Both the position numbers and the translations under genes were made by a program. Shown piece after piece: positions 18,489-29,560 of a stretch of DNA of 64,000 nt. Source of the stretch: Planctomycetota bacterium (GTDB taxonomy: Bacteria; Planctomycetota; Phycisphaerae; SM23-33; FEN-1343); NCBI GenBank assembly GCA_012514895.1, contig JAAYZK010000188.1, positions 25 through 64,024 on the forward strand, read 5' to 3'. The notes beneath the pieces are model-generated. The model ran no database searches and had not been told where the DNA came from. It saw only the letters and a program-made list of their open reading frames with translations. Positions within the stretch are counted from its first letter, which is position 1; the number at the start of each line of letters is the position of its first letter.

Positions 18489-19337
18489 ATGACCAGCGCG
18501 GACACGCAACTCTGGAATGACGCATTTTATCGGGCCGTCGACCCTCTCGTCCAGAAGATGGGCCTGATGCCGGCGACGCCGGGGCAGGTCTTCCGGCCCG
18601 TACACCAGCTCATCGAGGACTTCGACCTGTGGTACACGGTTCGCGGCCGCGGGCGGGTGCTTATCGATGAGCAGTGGGTCGACTTCGCCGGCGGCGACCT
18701 GCTGCTCATCCGCCCCGGGGAGCACTACCGCGAGGACCAGGCCGACGCGACCGACCCGTTTGAGCAGTACTACGTCCACGTGCTGCCCCTGGGCGGGCGC
18801 CACGACAAGCTGGACAGGGCCCTGGCCGCCGCCTGGCCCCGACGGCTGTCCTTCGCGCACCAGCCGGCGCTGGAGGGGCTGTTCGCCGAGCTGTTCGAGG
18901 TCTGGACCGCCCGTGCCGATGGGTACGACCTGCGGCTGAAGGCCCTGATGCTCTCGATCTTCCAGATCATCTTCACCCGCCTGCGCCACGAGACGTGCGA
19001 GACCCTCCCGCCGGCCTGGCCGAAGCTCATGCGGGCCCGCGACTTCATCGTCCGCCATCACTGCCGCGACCTCACCCTCGACGAGATCGCCGAGGCCGCC
19101 GACTTGAGCTCCAGCTACCTGCTGACGCTCTTCCGCCGCCACCTGGGCCGCTCGCCCATCCAGTACCAGACCGAACTGCGCCTCCGCCACGCCCGCAACC
19201 TGCTGGCCCGCGGCACGAGCGTGGGCGAGGTGGCCGACCGGGCCGGCTTCCACTCCCTGCACTACTTCAGCCGCACCTTCCACCGCCACGTCGGCCTCTC
19301 GCCGACGGCTTTCGCCCAGCGAAGCCGGCGGAAGTGA
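18489..19337 (+). CDS. AraC family transcriptional regulator (cupin + HTH)
   Basis: 'LTLDEIAEAADLSSSYL..LFRR..G.SP..Y' and 'VADRAGFHSLHYFSRTFHRHVGLSP'. Divergent from the URO-D operon. Confidence 0.93.
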   Translation: MTSADTQLWNDAFYRAVDPLVQKMGLMPATPGQVFRPVHQLIEDFDLWYTVRGRGRVLIDEQWVDFAGGDLLLIRPGEHYREDQADATDPFEQYYVHVLPLGGRHDKLDRALAAAWPRRLSFAHQPALEGLFAELFEVWTARADGYDLRLKALMLSIFQIIFTRLRHETCETLPPAWPKLMRARDFIVRHHCRDLTLDEIAEAADLSSSYLLTLFRRHLGRSPIQYQTELRLRHARNLLARGTSVGEVADRAGFHSLHYFSRTFHRHVGLSPTAFAQRSRRK

Positions 19338-19411
19338 CGGTGGACAACTCACCGGGACCTATAATGAAGGCAGCTTGCAGGCTGTAGCCTTCTGTTCACG
19401 CGAGGTGCACC

Positions 19412-21895
19412 TTGAGCAGCGATACGAACGCCCCGCAACGGATCTCCCTGCCCGTCAAGGGTATGCATTGCGCCTCGTGCGTGGCGCGGGTGGAGAAGGC
19501 CCTGCGGCGGGTGGAGGGGGTCGAGGACGTGGCCGTGAACCTGGCGACCGAGAAGGCCGCCGTTACGGCCGCGGCGGGGACGGACCCGGGGCGGCTGGTC
19601 GACGCCGTCGCCGGGGCCGGGTTCGAGGTGCCTTCCGAGACGGCGACGCTGGCGATCGAGGGGATGCACTGCGCCTCGTGCGTCAACCGCGTCGACAAGG
19701 CCCTGGCGGACCTGCCGGGCGTGCTGGAGGCGAGCGTCAATCTCGCGGCCGAGACCGCGACGGTCCGCTACGTCGGCGGCGCAGTCGGCCGGCGGGACAT
19801 GGAGCAGGCCGTCGCCCGGGCCGGGTACGTCGTGGCGCCCCAGGCCGAAACGCCGCCGACGGCCGAGGACGAGGAGGCGAAGAGCCGCCGCAAGGTCGCC
19901 CTGGCCCGCCGGCGGGCGGTAACGGCGTGGGCCTTCACGCTGCCGATCATCGTCTGGATGATCCTGGAGATGGTCTTCGGCATCGTCTGGCCCAGCGAGG
20001 AGGTCTTCCATCTCGGCATGATCGTCCTGGCGGCCCCGGTGCTCGCCTGGGCGGGCTGGGCCACGTACTCCAGCGGCCTGCGGGCCCTGGTCGGCGGACG
20101 GGCGAACATGGACTCGCTGATCGTGCTCGGCTCGGGCGTCGCGTTCCTGACCGGCCCGGCGTCGTTGGTCGCCGACGTCGCCAACTACGCCGGCGTCGCC
20201 GCGATGATCATGGCCTTCCACCTGACCGGCCGGTCCATCGAGCAGTCGGCCAAGGGCCGCGCGTCGGCGGCCATCCGCAAGCTGATGCACCTGGAGGCCC
20301 GCAGCGCCCGCGTCCTGCGGGACGGCCGCGAGCAGGAGGTGCCCATCGACCAGGTCGCCCCCGGCGACGTGATGGTCGTGCGGCCCGGCGAGAAGATCCC
20401 CACCGACGGACGGGTCGTCGAGGGCGACAGCGCTGTCGATGAGTCCATGGCCACCGGCGAGAGCATGCCCGTGGCCAAGACCGCCGGCGACGACGTCATC
20501 GGCGCGACGATCAACCAGGATGGGCTGCTGAAGGTCGAGGCGACCCGCGTCGGCCGCGACACCTTCCTCGCCCAGGTCGTCCGCATGGTCGAGCAGGCCC
20601 AGTCGACCAAGGTGCCCATCCAGGCCCTGGCCGACCGCATCACCGGCGTGTTCGTCCCGGTGATCATCGCCGTCGCCCTGGCGACCCTCGCCGCCTGGCT
20701 GATCGTCCCCGGGGTGATGCGCCCGCTGGTGGAGGCGGGGTCGTTCCTGCCGTGGGTCCTGGCCGACCTGGGCGTCGCGACGCTGGCGGTGACGAGCATG
20801 GTCGCCGTCTTCGTCATCGCCTGCCCGTGCGCGTTGGGCCTGGCCACGCCGACGGCGCTGATGGTCTCCAGCGGCATCGGAGCCGAGCACGGGATTCTCA
20901 TCCGCTCCGGCGAGGCCGTCCAGACGCTCAAGGACGTCCGCGTCATCGTCTTCGACAAGACCGGCACGCTCACGCAGGGGGCGCCCCAGGTCACCGACGT
21001 CGTCTGCGCGGCCGGCTGGAGCGAGCGGGACCTGCTGGCGGCGGCCGCCGCGGCCGAGCGGGGCAGCGAGCACGCGCTGGCCCGGGCCATCGTCGCGCGG
21101 GCCGAGGCCGCCGGGGCCGCCGCGGGCGAGCCGCGGGGCTTCGAGGCCGTGCGCGGCCGGGGGATCCGCGCGACGGTCGGGGGGCGGAGCGTCCTGGTGG
21201 GCACGCGGGAGCTGATGGCCGAGGGCGGCGTGGACGTCGGACCGCTGGCCGAGCGGATGGGGGCGCTGGAGCACGAGGCCAAGACGGCGATGCTCGTGGC
21301 GGTCGATGGGGCGCCGGCGGGCGTGATCGCCGTGGCCGACACGATGAAGGCCGACTCGGCCGACGCGATCAAGGCGCTGCACGCCCTGGGGCTGAAGACG
21401 GCGATGCTCACCGGCGACAACGCCCGCACCGCCGAGGCGATCGCGGGCCAGGCGGGCATCGACCACGTCGTCGCCGGCGTCCTGCCGGACGGCAAGACCG
21501 CGGAGATCCGCCGCCTGCAGGCCGAGCACGGCCGCGTCGCCTTCGTCGGCGACGGGATCAACGACGCCCCGGCCCTCACGGCCGCCGACGTCGGCATCGC
21601 CATCGGCACCGGCACCGACATCGCCATCGAAGCCGCCGACGTCACGCTCGTCCGGGGCGAACTGTCCGGCGTCGTCGAGGCTGTGAACCTCAGCCGCGCA
21701 ACCTTCCGCACGATCCAGCAGAACCTCTTCTGGGCCTTCTTCTACAACGTCGTCATGATCCCCCTGGCCGTCATCGGCTGGATGCACCCCGTCCTGGCCG
21801 AGATCGCCATGGCAACCAGCTCCATCACCGTCGTGGGCAACGCCAACCGGCTGCGGCGCGTGGACATCCGCCCGCCGTATCGGCGGAGGAGTTGA
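19412..21895 (+). CDS. copA: Copper-translocating P1B-type ATPase
   Basis: Two HMA 'GMHCASC' motifs, TGES, '[12 protein letters not shown]', 'DKTGTLT', 'SEH', '[10 protein letters not shown]', 'FFYN' and 'AMATSS'. Confidence 0.95.
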   Translation: MSSDTNAPQRISLPVKGMHCASCVARVEKALRRVEGVEDVAVNLATEKAAVTAAAGTDPGRLVDAVAGAGFEVPSETATLAIEGMHCASCVNRVDKALADLPGVLEASVNLAAETATVRYVGGAVGRRDMEQAVARAGYVVAPQAETPPTAEDEEAKSRRKVALARRRAVTAWAFTLPIIVWMILEMVFGIVWPSEEVFHLGMIVLAAPVLAWAGWATYSSGLRALVGGRANMDSLIVLGSGVAFLTGPASLVADVANYAGVAAMIMAFHLTGRSIEQSAKGRASAAIRKLMHLEARSARVLRDGREQEVPIDQVAPGDVMVVRPGEKIPTDGRVVEGDSAVDESMATGESMPVAKTAGDDVIGATINQDGLLKVEATRVGRDTFLAQVVRMVEQAQSTKVPIQALADRITGVFVPVIIAVALATLAAWLIVPGVMRPLVEAGSFLPWVLADLGVATLAVTSMVAVFVIACPCALGLATPTALMVSSGIGAEHGILIRSGEAVQTLKDVRVIVFDKTGTLTQGAPQVTDVVCAAGWSERDLLAAAAAAERGSEHALARAIVARAEAAGAAAGEPRGFEAVRGRGIRATVGGRSVLVGTRELMAEGGVDVGPLAERMGALEHEAKTAMLVAVDGAPAGVIAVADTMKADSADAIKALHALGLKTAMLTGDNARTAEAIAGQAGIDHVVAGVLPDGKTAEIRRLQAEHGRVAFVGDGINDAPALTAADVGIAIGTGTDIAIEAADVTLVRGELSGVVEAVNLSRATFRTIQQNLFWAFFYNVVMIPLAVIGWMHPVLAEIAMATSSITVVGNANRLRRVDIRPPYRRRS

Positions 21896-21978
21896 CCCGT
21901 TGCTGCGCAGACTACGTGACATGCCCCCACGAGAAGCCCTGCTCAATGGCAGCGCGGAGAAGCGGGCGCCGGGGCGAT

Positions 21979-22665
21979 TCAGCCATCGCTTTCGAAGCGG
22001 TAGCCGATCGGTCTGACGGTCTGGATGAAGCGGGGGCGGGCGGGGTCGGCTTCGATCTTGGCGCGGAGGGTGTTGACGCAGCGGTCGACGCTCCGGGCGG
22101 TGACGAAGACGCCGTGGCCCCAGATGCGCGAGAGGATCTCATCCCGCGTGAGGGCGCGGCCGGGACGGCGGAGGAACAGGGCCAGCAGGTCGAATTCCTT
22201 GGGGGTGAGGGCCACCGGCTCGCCCCCGCGGGTCAGGCGGCGGGCGGCCAGGTCCAGCGCGAAGGCCCCGAACCGGTGGACCGGGCCGTCCTCCCGGCGG
22301 CGCCGGCGCAGAAAGGCGCGGGCGCGGGCCAGCAACTGCTTGATGCTGAAGGGCTTGGTGACGTAATCATCGGCCCCGAGGTTCAGGCCCAGGATGATGT
22401 CCTGCTCCTGGCCTTTGGCCGTCAGCATGATGATGGGGGCGTCCAGCCCCGCGGCGCGGATCCGCCGGCAGATCTCGTAGCCGTTGATGTAGGGCAGCAT
22501 GATGTCCAGGACGATCAGGTCGGCGTTGACCGACAGGGCGGCCTGCAGGCCCCTCTCCCCGTCGGCGGCTGCGGCGACGTTGTAGCCCTCGAACTGGAAG
22601 TTGTCCTTCAGCCCGCGAAGCATCGTCGGATCGTCTTCAATGATCAGAATCGTCTCGCCCGCCAT
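21979..22665 (-). CDS. OmpR/PhoB family DNA-binding response regulator
   Basis: 'LIIEDD', 'LDIMLP', 'GADDYVTKPF', winged helix 'IQTVRPIGYRF'. Confidence 0.95.
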   Translation of the reverse strand: MAGETILIIEDDPTMLRGLKDNFQFEGYNVAAAADGERGLQAALSVNADLIVLDIMLPYINGYEICRRIRAAGLDAPIIMLTAKGQEQDIILGLNLGADDYVTKPFSIKQLLARARAFLRRRRREDGPVHRFGAFALDLAARRLTRGGEPVALTPKEFDLLALFLRRPGRALTRDEILSRIWGHGVFVTARSVDRCVNTLRAKIEADPARPRFIQTVRPIGYRFESDG

Positions 22666-24646
22666 GGTCCTGATGCTCCGCCGGCGCCCCGTCCGCGGGC
22701 AGGCGCATTGTGAAAGTGGTTCCCTGTCCCGGCTGGCTCCGCACGCTGACGGTGCCGCCGTGGGCGTCGACGATGAACTTGACGATGGCCAGCCCCAGCC
22801 CGCACCCGCCCTGGCGGCGGGCGAGGGTCTGGTCGACCTGGTAGAACCTGTCGAAGACCCGCCGCTGGGCCCGGCGGTTCAGGCCGATGCCGTTGTCGGC
22901 GACGTCCAGGCGGACCCGCCCGCCCTCGGCGGCGGCGCGGACGGCGATCTCCTTGCGGTCGCCGGTGTACTTCCAGGCGTTGTCCAGCAGGTTGAGCACG
23001 ACGGTGACCAGGGCGTCGCGGTCGCCGCGGACGGGCGGCAGGTCGGCCGGCAGGTCGACGTCCACGCGGGCCTCGGCCGCCGCCGGCCGCTCCCCCATGG
23101 CCGCGACGGCGGTGCGGACGACGCCGGCCAGGTCGGACGGCTCGAAGGTGAACACGCGCTTGTGGCGCTCCATCCTGCTGAATGCCAGGAAGTTATCGAT
23201 CAGGCGGCTGAGCCGCTCGTTCTCGCGGGCGATCAGGCCGAGGTACTGGCCGGCCTGGGCGGCGTCGCGGGTGCGGCCCTCCTGGAGGGTGTCGACCAGG
23301 ACGCGCATCGAGGCCAGCGGCGTCTTCAGTTCGTGGCTGACAGTGGCGATCAGGTCGTTCTTGAGGCGGGTCAGGCGGATCTGGCGGCCGAGATACGCCG
23401 CCGCCGCCCCCGCCAGCGCGACGATGACGGCCGTCGCCGACAGCCCCGCGATGAGATACGCCGTCTGCGCCCGGGCCGCCGAGGCCGCCAGGGGGTCCTC
23501 GTCGAGGTACACCGCCAGCGTCCAGCCGGGCAGGGGCTCGCCCGCCGGGACGGTCAGGAACGGCACCTCCGCCCGCCGGTCGCCCGGCGGGTGCAGGACG
23601 GTCGCCACGCCGGCCAGCGGTTCGTCGAGGCCGGCGGCGGCCGTAAGCTCTTCGATGAGCCGCCCTTCGCGGAAGACGCCCACGACCCGCCCATCCTCCG
23701 ACGCGACCTGCCACAGCCCCGGAGCGCCCGCGGGGGTCACCGTGCCGCGCTCGGCGGCGGCCGAAGCGTACGCGAGGTACTCCTGCCCCAGGCGTTCAGC
23801 CTCCAGCATGGGGAAGGACACCCCCTCGATCCCCATCGCGCCCAGCAGCTCCATCAGCAGCAGCCGCTGTGGCGCCGCCGGCGCCGGCGGGGCGGCCGCG
23901 TAGGCGTTCAGCTCGCCGGCGAGCTGCAGGGCAAGCGGCTGCCGCCGGCTGTCGTCGCGGCCCATCCACTGCAGGGCCAGCATGCGGGCGTCGAGGGGGA
24001 TGGATCGACCCGACCCATCCCGCGCCGCGGCCAGCGACGGGGCGGCCAGATCCTCCAGGAGGATCCGCATCGCCTCCTCCCGCTGCCCCGCGCGGTGCAG
24101 GCAGCGGGCCCGGGCAAGACGCACCGCCGCCTGCGCGGAGGGCTGCCCGCACGCGGGATCCTCCGCGGCGCGGCGGTAGTCCTCGGCGGCCGCGCCGTAC
24201 TGGCGGAGGACGAACTCCGCATGGCGGGCGCGGTCCAGGAAGGGGGACGACGCGGCCCCCTCGGCGTCCGCCGGCGCGGCCGGGGCGGGGTAGGCGGGCC
24301 TTCCCTCCCCATCCAGGATGATGACGCTCTGGGCGGCTCCCCGTCCGACGAGGTCGGCGAAACGGGCAGGGGGGGCCATCGCGCCGGCCCCCTGGGACCC
24401 CGCCGCCTCCAGTGGCGCACGGGCCGACCAGAAGGAGGCGATCTCCTCCCGGTCGGCCCCGACCCGCTGGCGGTAGGCCTCGGCCAGGCGCTGGCGCACG
24501 GCCAGCTCCGCGTTGCGCATCGCGGCTGTCATGAAGGCCAGGACGCACGCCGTCGGGACCAGCGCCGCGGCCAGGGCGGCCGCGAAGACCAGCCAGGGGC
24601 CGCCGCCGCGCGGCGCCGGTCGCGGTGTGGTGCGCCGGCGGCTCAT
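22637..24646 (-). CDS. Membrane sensor histidine kinase (HisKA + HATPase) with TPR-like extracytoplasmic domain
   Basis: Two TM segments, H-box '[10 protein letters not shown]', N-box 'NLLDNAWKY', G boxes 'DNGIG' and 'GCGLGLAIV'. Confidence 0.92.
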   Translation of the reverse strand: MSRRRTTPRPAPRGGGPWLVFAAALAAALVPTACVLAFMTAAMRNAELAVRQRLAEAYRQRVGADREEIASFWSARAPLEAAGSQGAGAMAPPARFADLVGRGAAQSVIILDGEGRPAYPAPAAPADAEGAASSPFLDRARHAEFVLRQYGAAAEDYRRAAEDPACGQPSAQAAVRLARARCLHRAGQREEAMRILLEDLAAPSLAAARDGSGRSIPLDARMLALQWMGRDDSRRQPLALQLAGELNAYAAAPPAPAAPQRLLLMELLGAMGIEGVSFPMLEAERLGQEYLAYASAAAERGTVTPAGAPGLWQVASEDGRVVGVFREGRLIEELTAAAGLDEPLAGVATVLHPPGDRRAEVPFLTVPAGEPLPGWTLAVYLDEDPLAASAARAQTAYLIAGLSATAVIVALAGAAAAYLGRQIRLTRLKNDLIATVSHELKTPLASMRVLVDTLQEGRTRDAAQAGQYLGLIARENERLSRLIDNFLAFSRMERHKRVFTFEPSDLAGVVRTAVAAMGERPAAAEARVDVDLPADLPPVRGDRDALVTVVLNLLDNAWKYTGDRKEIAVRAAAEGGRVRLDVADNGIGLNRRAQRRVFDRFYQVDQTLARRQGGCGLGLAIVKFIVDAHGGTVSVRSQPGQGTTFTMRLPADGAPAEHQDHGGRDDSDH

Positions 24647-26541
24647 GGGGTGGCATCTCCGCCGCCCTGCTGCCCGAGGGCCTTTTCGAGGCCGGAGGCA
24701 GCCTCGGCGTTATCCGGCTCGACGGCCAGCCACATCCGGTAGTAGGTGACGGCCTGGTCGTACTGCCCCCGTTCGCCCAGCGCGGCGGTCAGGCCCTGCA
24801 GCGATGCCGTCGCGTTCGGATTCGCCGCGACGGCCTTCTTCCAGTACTCGATCGCCCCGTCGACGTCCCCCCGCTGCTTGGCCAGGTACCCCAGGCCGTT
24901 CCAGGCGCCCGCCGTCTTGGGGTCGAGGGCGACGGCTTTCTCGAAAGCCTCCTGGGCGTCGAGGCGCTTGCCCTGGTTGAACTGAGCCCAGCCCAGGCCG
25001 TTCCAGGCGTCGGCATAGGCGGGATCGGCCTGGACGGCCTGGCGGAAGCGGGCCTCGGCCTGGGGCAGTTGCTGTTGCTGCCAGAGCTGCCAGCCCTCGG
25101 CGTGGAGACTCTCCGCCTGCCGCCTGCCGGCCGCGGGCCTTGACGAAGGCGCCGTGCTCCCGGCGCCGGCCGGGGCGAGGATCGCGGTGACGGCGTGCGT
25201 CGTCTCGGGCGTGACGTCGCGCTGGAAGCAGTAAATGTCGTACCCGCCGGCCGAGCTCTTCGAGTCCGGCGGCACGGAGGTCTCGATCACCCGGCGCCCC
25301 GCGGGCACGACGAGGTAGAACTGCTGAATGCCGTGCGCGCCGAGGCGGTTGCCCATGCGGACCTGCAGGCCCTCGGGCGTGTGCGGCAGGGGCCCGGCGG
25401 CGGGGCTCTGCCAGACGAACATCTGGGAGTCGCCGGGGTTGAGGGGATACCTGGGCGTCCACATCAGGGCGTGGGATCCGCCGCCGCCGGTCTTCTTGAC
25501 GAGGCGGTAGTCCGGACGCGGCCCGGCGGGGTCCTTGGCGTCGAACAGGAGCACGTCGTCGCCGTCCATGGACGTGATCCTCACTTCGTCCGTCCACGGC
25601 TTGCCGGTGGCGTTGTAGACGGCGATCAGCCCCGCCAGCACGCGGCGGTCCTGGTCGGTCACCAGGTGGATCTGCGCGCCGGCCTCCTGACCGCGCTGCC
25701 AGTAGGGCATGGCCGCGGCAAGGAAGCCGCCGAGCACCTGGTAGAGCGCCGCGTGGGGGATCGCCAGCGTGTTGAGGCGCTGCGGCCCGCGGCCGGCGTT
25801 GATCTCCCTGGCCTGTTGAACCAGGGCCTCGGGCAGGGGCGTGGGGCTCCCGTCGGCGGCCCGTGTGGCGAAGAGGATCACGTACGGCGGGGCCGGCGTG
25901 CCGTCGGCGGCCTGGAAGCCGTCGTGGCCCGGGGCGTTCACGCCCACCCAGTACACCGTCCCGCTCTGGAGTTTCACCGGCAGCGTGCAGGTCGTGCCCG
26001 CCTTGTCGTAGCTGATCGGGCCGCTCCGCTCCGGGAACATCCCGCCGCTGCGGATGAACGCCCACCGATCCGTCAGCATCGGCCGGTCGAACGTGACGCT
26101 GACGGCCTCCAGCGACGGGTCGACGTCGTCGGCGAAGGCCTTCGGCACGGTGGCCGCCACGCGCGGGGCGGCGTCAGCGGCCGGCCCATCCGCCCTGAGC
26201 TTCGCCAGCTCCCGCTGCGCCAGCTTCACCACTCCGGTCTCCTGCGGATACGCCGTCAGCACGGCGTTCAGCTCCGCCGCGGCCCTGGCGGCGTCGCCCT
26301 TCCTGGCGTAGCACATCGCCAGCCGGTACTGCGCCTGAGCGGCGCACGACTGGCCCGCCGCGGCCTCCTTGACGACCTGCCGGTAGATCACAATGGCCGC
26401 GTCGAGGTCCCCGACCGTCTCTTCCGTGTAGATGCCCCGTTCCAGCAGCATCGCCGGCGTCTGGGCCGTCTGGGCCCGCCCCGCGCAGGGCCACGCCGCC
26501 GCCGCCATCCACAACGCCATCACCATCATCCTGCGTTTCAT
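24643..26541 (-). CDS. Secreted TPR + Ig-like (Big_5-type) protein co-transcribed with the HK/RR pair
   Basis: Signal peptide from ATG 26541; N-terminal TPR 'AQAQYRLAMCY'; Ig-like 'PRVAATVP..FADDVDPSL..VSVTFDRPM'; C-terminal TPRs 'AWNGLG' twice; 4-bp overlap with the HK gene. Confidence 0.8.
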   Translation of the reverse strand: MKRRMMVMALWMAAAAWPCAGRAQTAQTPAMLLERGIYTEETVGDLDAAIVIYRQVVKEAAAGQSCAAQAQYRLAMCYARKGDAARAAAELNAVLTAYPQETGVVKLAQRELAKLRADGPAADAAPRVAATVPKAFADDVDPSLEAVSVTFDRPMLTDRWAFIRSGGMFPERSGPISYDKAGTTCTLPVKLQSGTVYWVGVNAPGHDGFQAADGTPAPPYVILFATRAADGSPTPLPEALVQQAREINAGRGPQRLNTLAIPHAALYQVLGGFLAAAMPYWQRGQEAGAQIHLVTDQDRRVLAGLIAVYNATGKPWTDEVRITSMDGDDVLLFDAKDPAGPRPDYRLVKKTGGGGSHALMWTPRYPLNPGDSQMFVWQSPAAGPLPHTPEGLQVRMGNRLGAHGIQQFYLVVPAGRRVIETSVPPDSKSSAGGYDIYCFQRDVTPETTHAVTAILAPAGAGSTAPSSRPAAGRRQAESLHAEGWQLWQQQQLPQAEARFRQAVQADPAYADAWNGLGWAQFNQGKRLDAQEAFEKAVALDPKTAGAWNGLGYLAKQRGDVDGAIEYWKKAVAANPNATASLQGLTAALGERGQYDQAVTYYRMWLAVEPDNAEAASGLEKALGQQGGGDATP

Positions 26542-26594
26542 CGTCGCTCCCTTTCCCAAAGAGGATACACTGAACGCATTGCCACTGCAGCGGG

Positions 26595-26626
26595 ATTATC
26601 GGGCGCGACTGTCACGCTTGTGTCAC
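26595..26626 (-). promoter_or_regulatory. OmpR/PhoB-type tandem box (GTGACA-N5-GTGACA) plus -10 element
   Basis: tgtcac at 26610-26615 and 26621-26626 (11-bp period), followed on the minus strand after 9 nt by GATAAT (26600-26595), upstream of the TPR-HK-RR operon. Confidence 0.6.
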
Positions 26627-26683
26627 GGCCCCGTCCTTTTCCGGTCCGATCCGCGGCGGGGGCGGACGGCCTTCCGCGGGCGC

Positions 26684-28597
26684 CTACACGGTGCGCCGGC
26701 CGTGGCGGCGGATGGTATCCAGGAGGAGGTCGGTCGAGCCGCTCTTGGTGAGGTAGGCGACGGCACCGGCGTCGGTCATGGCGCCGGCGCGGTCGGCCTC
26801 GACGTACATGGACAGGCCGATGATGCGGATGTCGGGGTGGTCGGCGAGGATGAGGCGGGTGGCGGCCACGCCGTCCAGGCGGGGCATGGAGAAGTCCATG
26901 AGGACCACGTCGGGATGGAGCCGCCGCGCCAGGTCGACGGCCTCCTGGCCGTCGGCGGCCTGGCCGATGACGGCGATGTCGTCCTCCATGCCCAGGAACT
27001 GCGCCAGCCCCTCGCGCATGACGCTGTGGTCGTCGGCCAGCAGGACGGTGATCCGGCCGGCGGGGGCCGGCGGGATCTCGTGCGCCTCGCCGGCCGGTAT
27101 CGCCCTGGCCGCCGGCGCCTCGGACGTCTCGCACGGCGCCAGCAGCGTGACGGCGGCGCCGCCGCCGGGGACGGCGGCGATCTCCATGCAGCCGCCGAGC
27201 ATCTGCAGGCGCTCGCGGATGCTGAACAGGCCGAACCCGCCGGCCGACACGCCCCCCTTGGGGGAGGAGTCGACCGCCTCGGTGTCGAAGCCGGCGCCGC
27301 GGTCGCTGACGGTCAGGCGGATGCGGCCCTCCTCATCGGCGGCCAGGTCCACGCGGGCCTCGTTGACGCCGGCGTGCTTGATGACGTTGAACAGCAGTTC
27401 CCTGGCCGCCTGGAAAAGCAGCACCTTGCGGTCCTCCCGCAGCGGCGGGATGTCGCCGGCGACCTCCACCTCGACCGCCAGCCGGTACCGCTGCCGCATG
27501 AACCGCCCCAGCCACTCCAGCGCCGCCGGCAGGTCGGCCTCGTAGAGGATCGGCGGGGACAGTTCGGCCGTCAGCGAGCGGGCGGCCTCGATCGCCTCGT
27601 CGAGCAGATCGTGGACCTGGTGGACGGAGGCGGCGTGTTCGTCGCCCACGCGGGAGGCCAGCATGTCCAGGGCGAAGCGGCCGGCGGCCAGCAGTTGCTG
27701 AAGATGGTCGTGCAGCACCTGGGCCAGCCGCTGGCGCTCCCGCTGCTCGGTCAGCGTCAGCTCCGACGTCAGGCGCGCCAACTGCCCGGCCCGCCGCTCC
27801 AGTTCGGCGGTGCGGTCGGCGACCCGCTGCTCGAGTTCGTCGCGGGCCTGCTGGAGCCGCTGCTCGGCGCGCTTCCGCTTGGTCACGTCGCGCCCGTAGA
27901 TGTTCACGTACGCCTCGCCGGGGGGCTGGACGGCCGACACCCAGAGCGTCAGGTCGTCGGCGCCGGTGATCTCGGCCTCGACCACCCCGCAGTGCCGGTG
28001 CACGTCGGCGGCGACGTCGCGGACGGCCGCCGGGAGCGGCCCGCCGGGCGACCAGCCCAGGGCGGCCAGCCAGCGGCGGGCGGGGGCGTTGGCGTAGCCC
28101 AGGCTGCCGTCCGGGTCCAGCCGCATCACAGGGTTGGGGTTCTCCTCGGGGAACTGCGACAGCCGCCGCAGGGCCTCCTCGGTCGCCTTGAGGTCGGTGA
28201 TGTCCTGCACGATGCCGAAGCCGCTCTGGACCGCGCCGCCGGCGTCGAACTCCATGTAGGCCTTCTCGCGGACCCAGCGGACGGCGCCGTCGACGAGGAT
28301 GCGGTGTTCGATGTCGTAGGGCTCGCCCCGCAGGCACGCCTGCCACATCGCCTGGACGTACGTCCGGTCGTCGGGGTGGACCGATTCCAGAAACCGCTCG
28401 TACGTCAGGGGCGTGCCCTCGGGGATGCCGAAGATGCGGTAGGTCTCGGCCGACCAGGTCAGCACGTTCCGCCGGGTGTCGAGCCGCCAGTTCCCCAAGC
28501 GGCCGACGGCCTGGGCGCGCTGCAGGTCCTGCCGGGTCGCCAGGTGGCGATCCGTAGACCGGTCGTCATGCGATTCTGCTGGAATGCGGTCGGTCAT
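26684..28597 (-). CDS. Cytoplasmic PAS-PAS hybrid histidine kinase (HisKA_3/NarX-type) with C-terminal receiver
   Basis: PAS_3 'WSAETYRIFG...VHPDDR', 'ERQRLAQVLHDHLQQLL', 'ELLFNVIKHA', 'GFGLFSIRERL', REC 'LLADDH...LMDFSMP'. Confidence 0.9.
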   Translation of the reverse strand: MTDRIPAESHDDRSTDRHLATRQDLQRAQAVGRLGNWRLDTRRNVLTWSAETYRIFGIPEGTPLTYERFLESVHPDDRTYVQAMWQACLRGEPYDIEHRILVDGAVRWVREKAYMEFDAGGAVQSGFGIVQDITDLKATEEALRRLSQFPEENPNPVMRLDPDGSLGYANAPARRWLAALGWSPGGPLPAAVRDVAADVHRHCGVVEAEITGADDLTLWVSAVQPPGEAYVNIYGRDVTKRKRAEQRLQQARDELEQRVADRTAELERRAGQLARLTSELTLTEQRERQRLAQVLHDHLQQLLAAGRFALDMLASRVGDEHAASVHQVHDLLDEAIEAARSLTAELSPPILYEADLPAALEWLGRFMRQRYRLAVEVEVAGDIPPLREDRKVLLFQAARELLFNVIKHAGVNEARVDLAADEEGRIRLTVSDRGAGFDTEAVDSSPKGGVSAGGFGLFSIRERLQMLGGCMEIAAVPGGGAAVTLLAPCETSEAPAARAIPAGEAHEIPPAPAGRITVLLADDHSVMREGLAQFLGMEDDIAVIGQAADGQEAVDLARRLHPDVVLMDFSMPRLDGVAATRLILADHPDIRIIGLSMYVEADRAGAMTDAGAVAYLTKSGSTDLLLDTIRRHGRRTV

Positions 28598-28779
28598 GGT
28601 GTCCCGTATCCAGAACTATGAAACTATAGTACACTACGCCCCATCGGACCGCCACGATCGACAGTTTCGTAAGATGTTCGGCGTCCCGGCCTTGGGCGCC
28701 CCTGCCCGAGGCGGCCTTCCCGCCGCGGCGGGGGAGCCGGCCGGGCGGACGGTCGAGGGGGCCGCGGGTATAATGGGGC

Positions 28780-29424
28780 ATGGCGACGATACGGGACCAG
28801 GCGACGTCGGCGATCGCGGTGCTGCTGGTGGAAGACAGCGAGATCTTCGCCAGGGTGCTCAAGCAGGCCCTTGCCGAGACGGACTTCGCCGACTTCGAGA
28901 TCACCCACGCCGTCTCGCTGGCCCAGGCGGAGGCTCGCCTGGGCGAGGCGCCCTTCGACGTCCTGCTGCTGGACCTGTCGCTGCCGGACAGCCGGGGGAT
29001 GCGGACGCTGGATGCGGTTCACGCCGCGTCGCCGCAGACGCCGATCGTCGTGCTGACGGCCAGCGACGACGAGATGCTCGGGCGCGAGGCAGTCCGCCGG
29101 GGGGCGCAGGACTTCCTCATCAAGGGCCAGGCCGACGATCGGCTGGTCGCCCGCGCGATCCGCTACGCCATTGAACGCCGCGAGATCCTCCAGGAGCGCG
29201 ACCGGCTCATCGGCGAACTGCAGTCGGCCCTCGACCGCGTCAAGCAGCTCAGCGGGCTGCTGCCGATCTGCAGCAACTGCAAGAAGGTCCGCGACGACCG
29301 GGGGTACTGGAGCCAGATCGAGTCGTACATCCGCGAGCACTCCGAGGCGGAGTTCAGCCACGGCCTGTGCCCCGAGTGCGCCGCCAAGCTCTACCCGGAG
29401 ATCTTCTCCGAGGAAGAGGCGTGA
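28780..29424 (+). CDS. Response regulator receiver protein with Cys/His-rich C-terminal domain
   Basis: REC 'LLVEDS...LLDLSLPD...GAQDFLIK'; tail 'LLPICSNCKKVRDD.GYW...SHGLCPEC'. A perfect TATAAT lies at 28769-28774. Confidence 0.88.
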   Translation: MATIRDQATSAIAVLLVEDSEIFARVLKQALAETDFADFEITHAVSLAQAEARLGEAPFDVLLLDLSLPDSRGMRTLDAVHAASPQTPIVVLTASDDEMLGREAVRRGAQDFLIKGQADDRLVARAIRYAIERREILQERDRLIGELQSALDRVKQLSGLLPICSNCKKVRDDRGYWSQIESYIREHSEAEFSHGLCPECAAKLYPEIFSEEEA

Positions 29425-29560
29425 GGCCTGAGCTACGGCGAATGGCTTCCTGCGGTTGGGGACGTTTGCGTTCCCGGCGCCCCGCGCTTCAAGCTTCGAG
29501 CCTTCCCTGGCGCGTATGATTCTGCTGGGACGGCTGTTCGGTCGGCAAGGAAGGCGGAGG

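Noticed and set aside
19338-19365. Copper-regulator operator upstream of copA (cggtg-N7-caccg before TATAAT)
   Set aside because: The 5-bp GC-rich arms are too short to distinguish from chance, and no CsoR, CueR or CopY gene is in the window.
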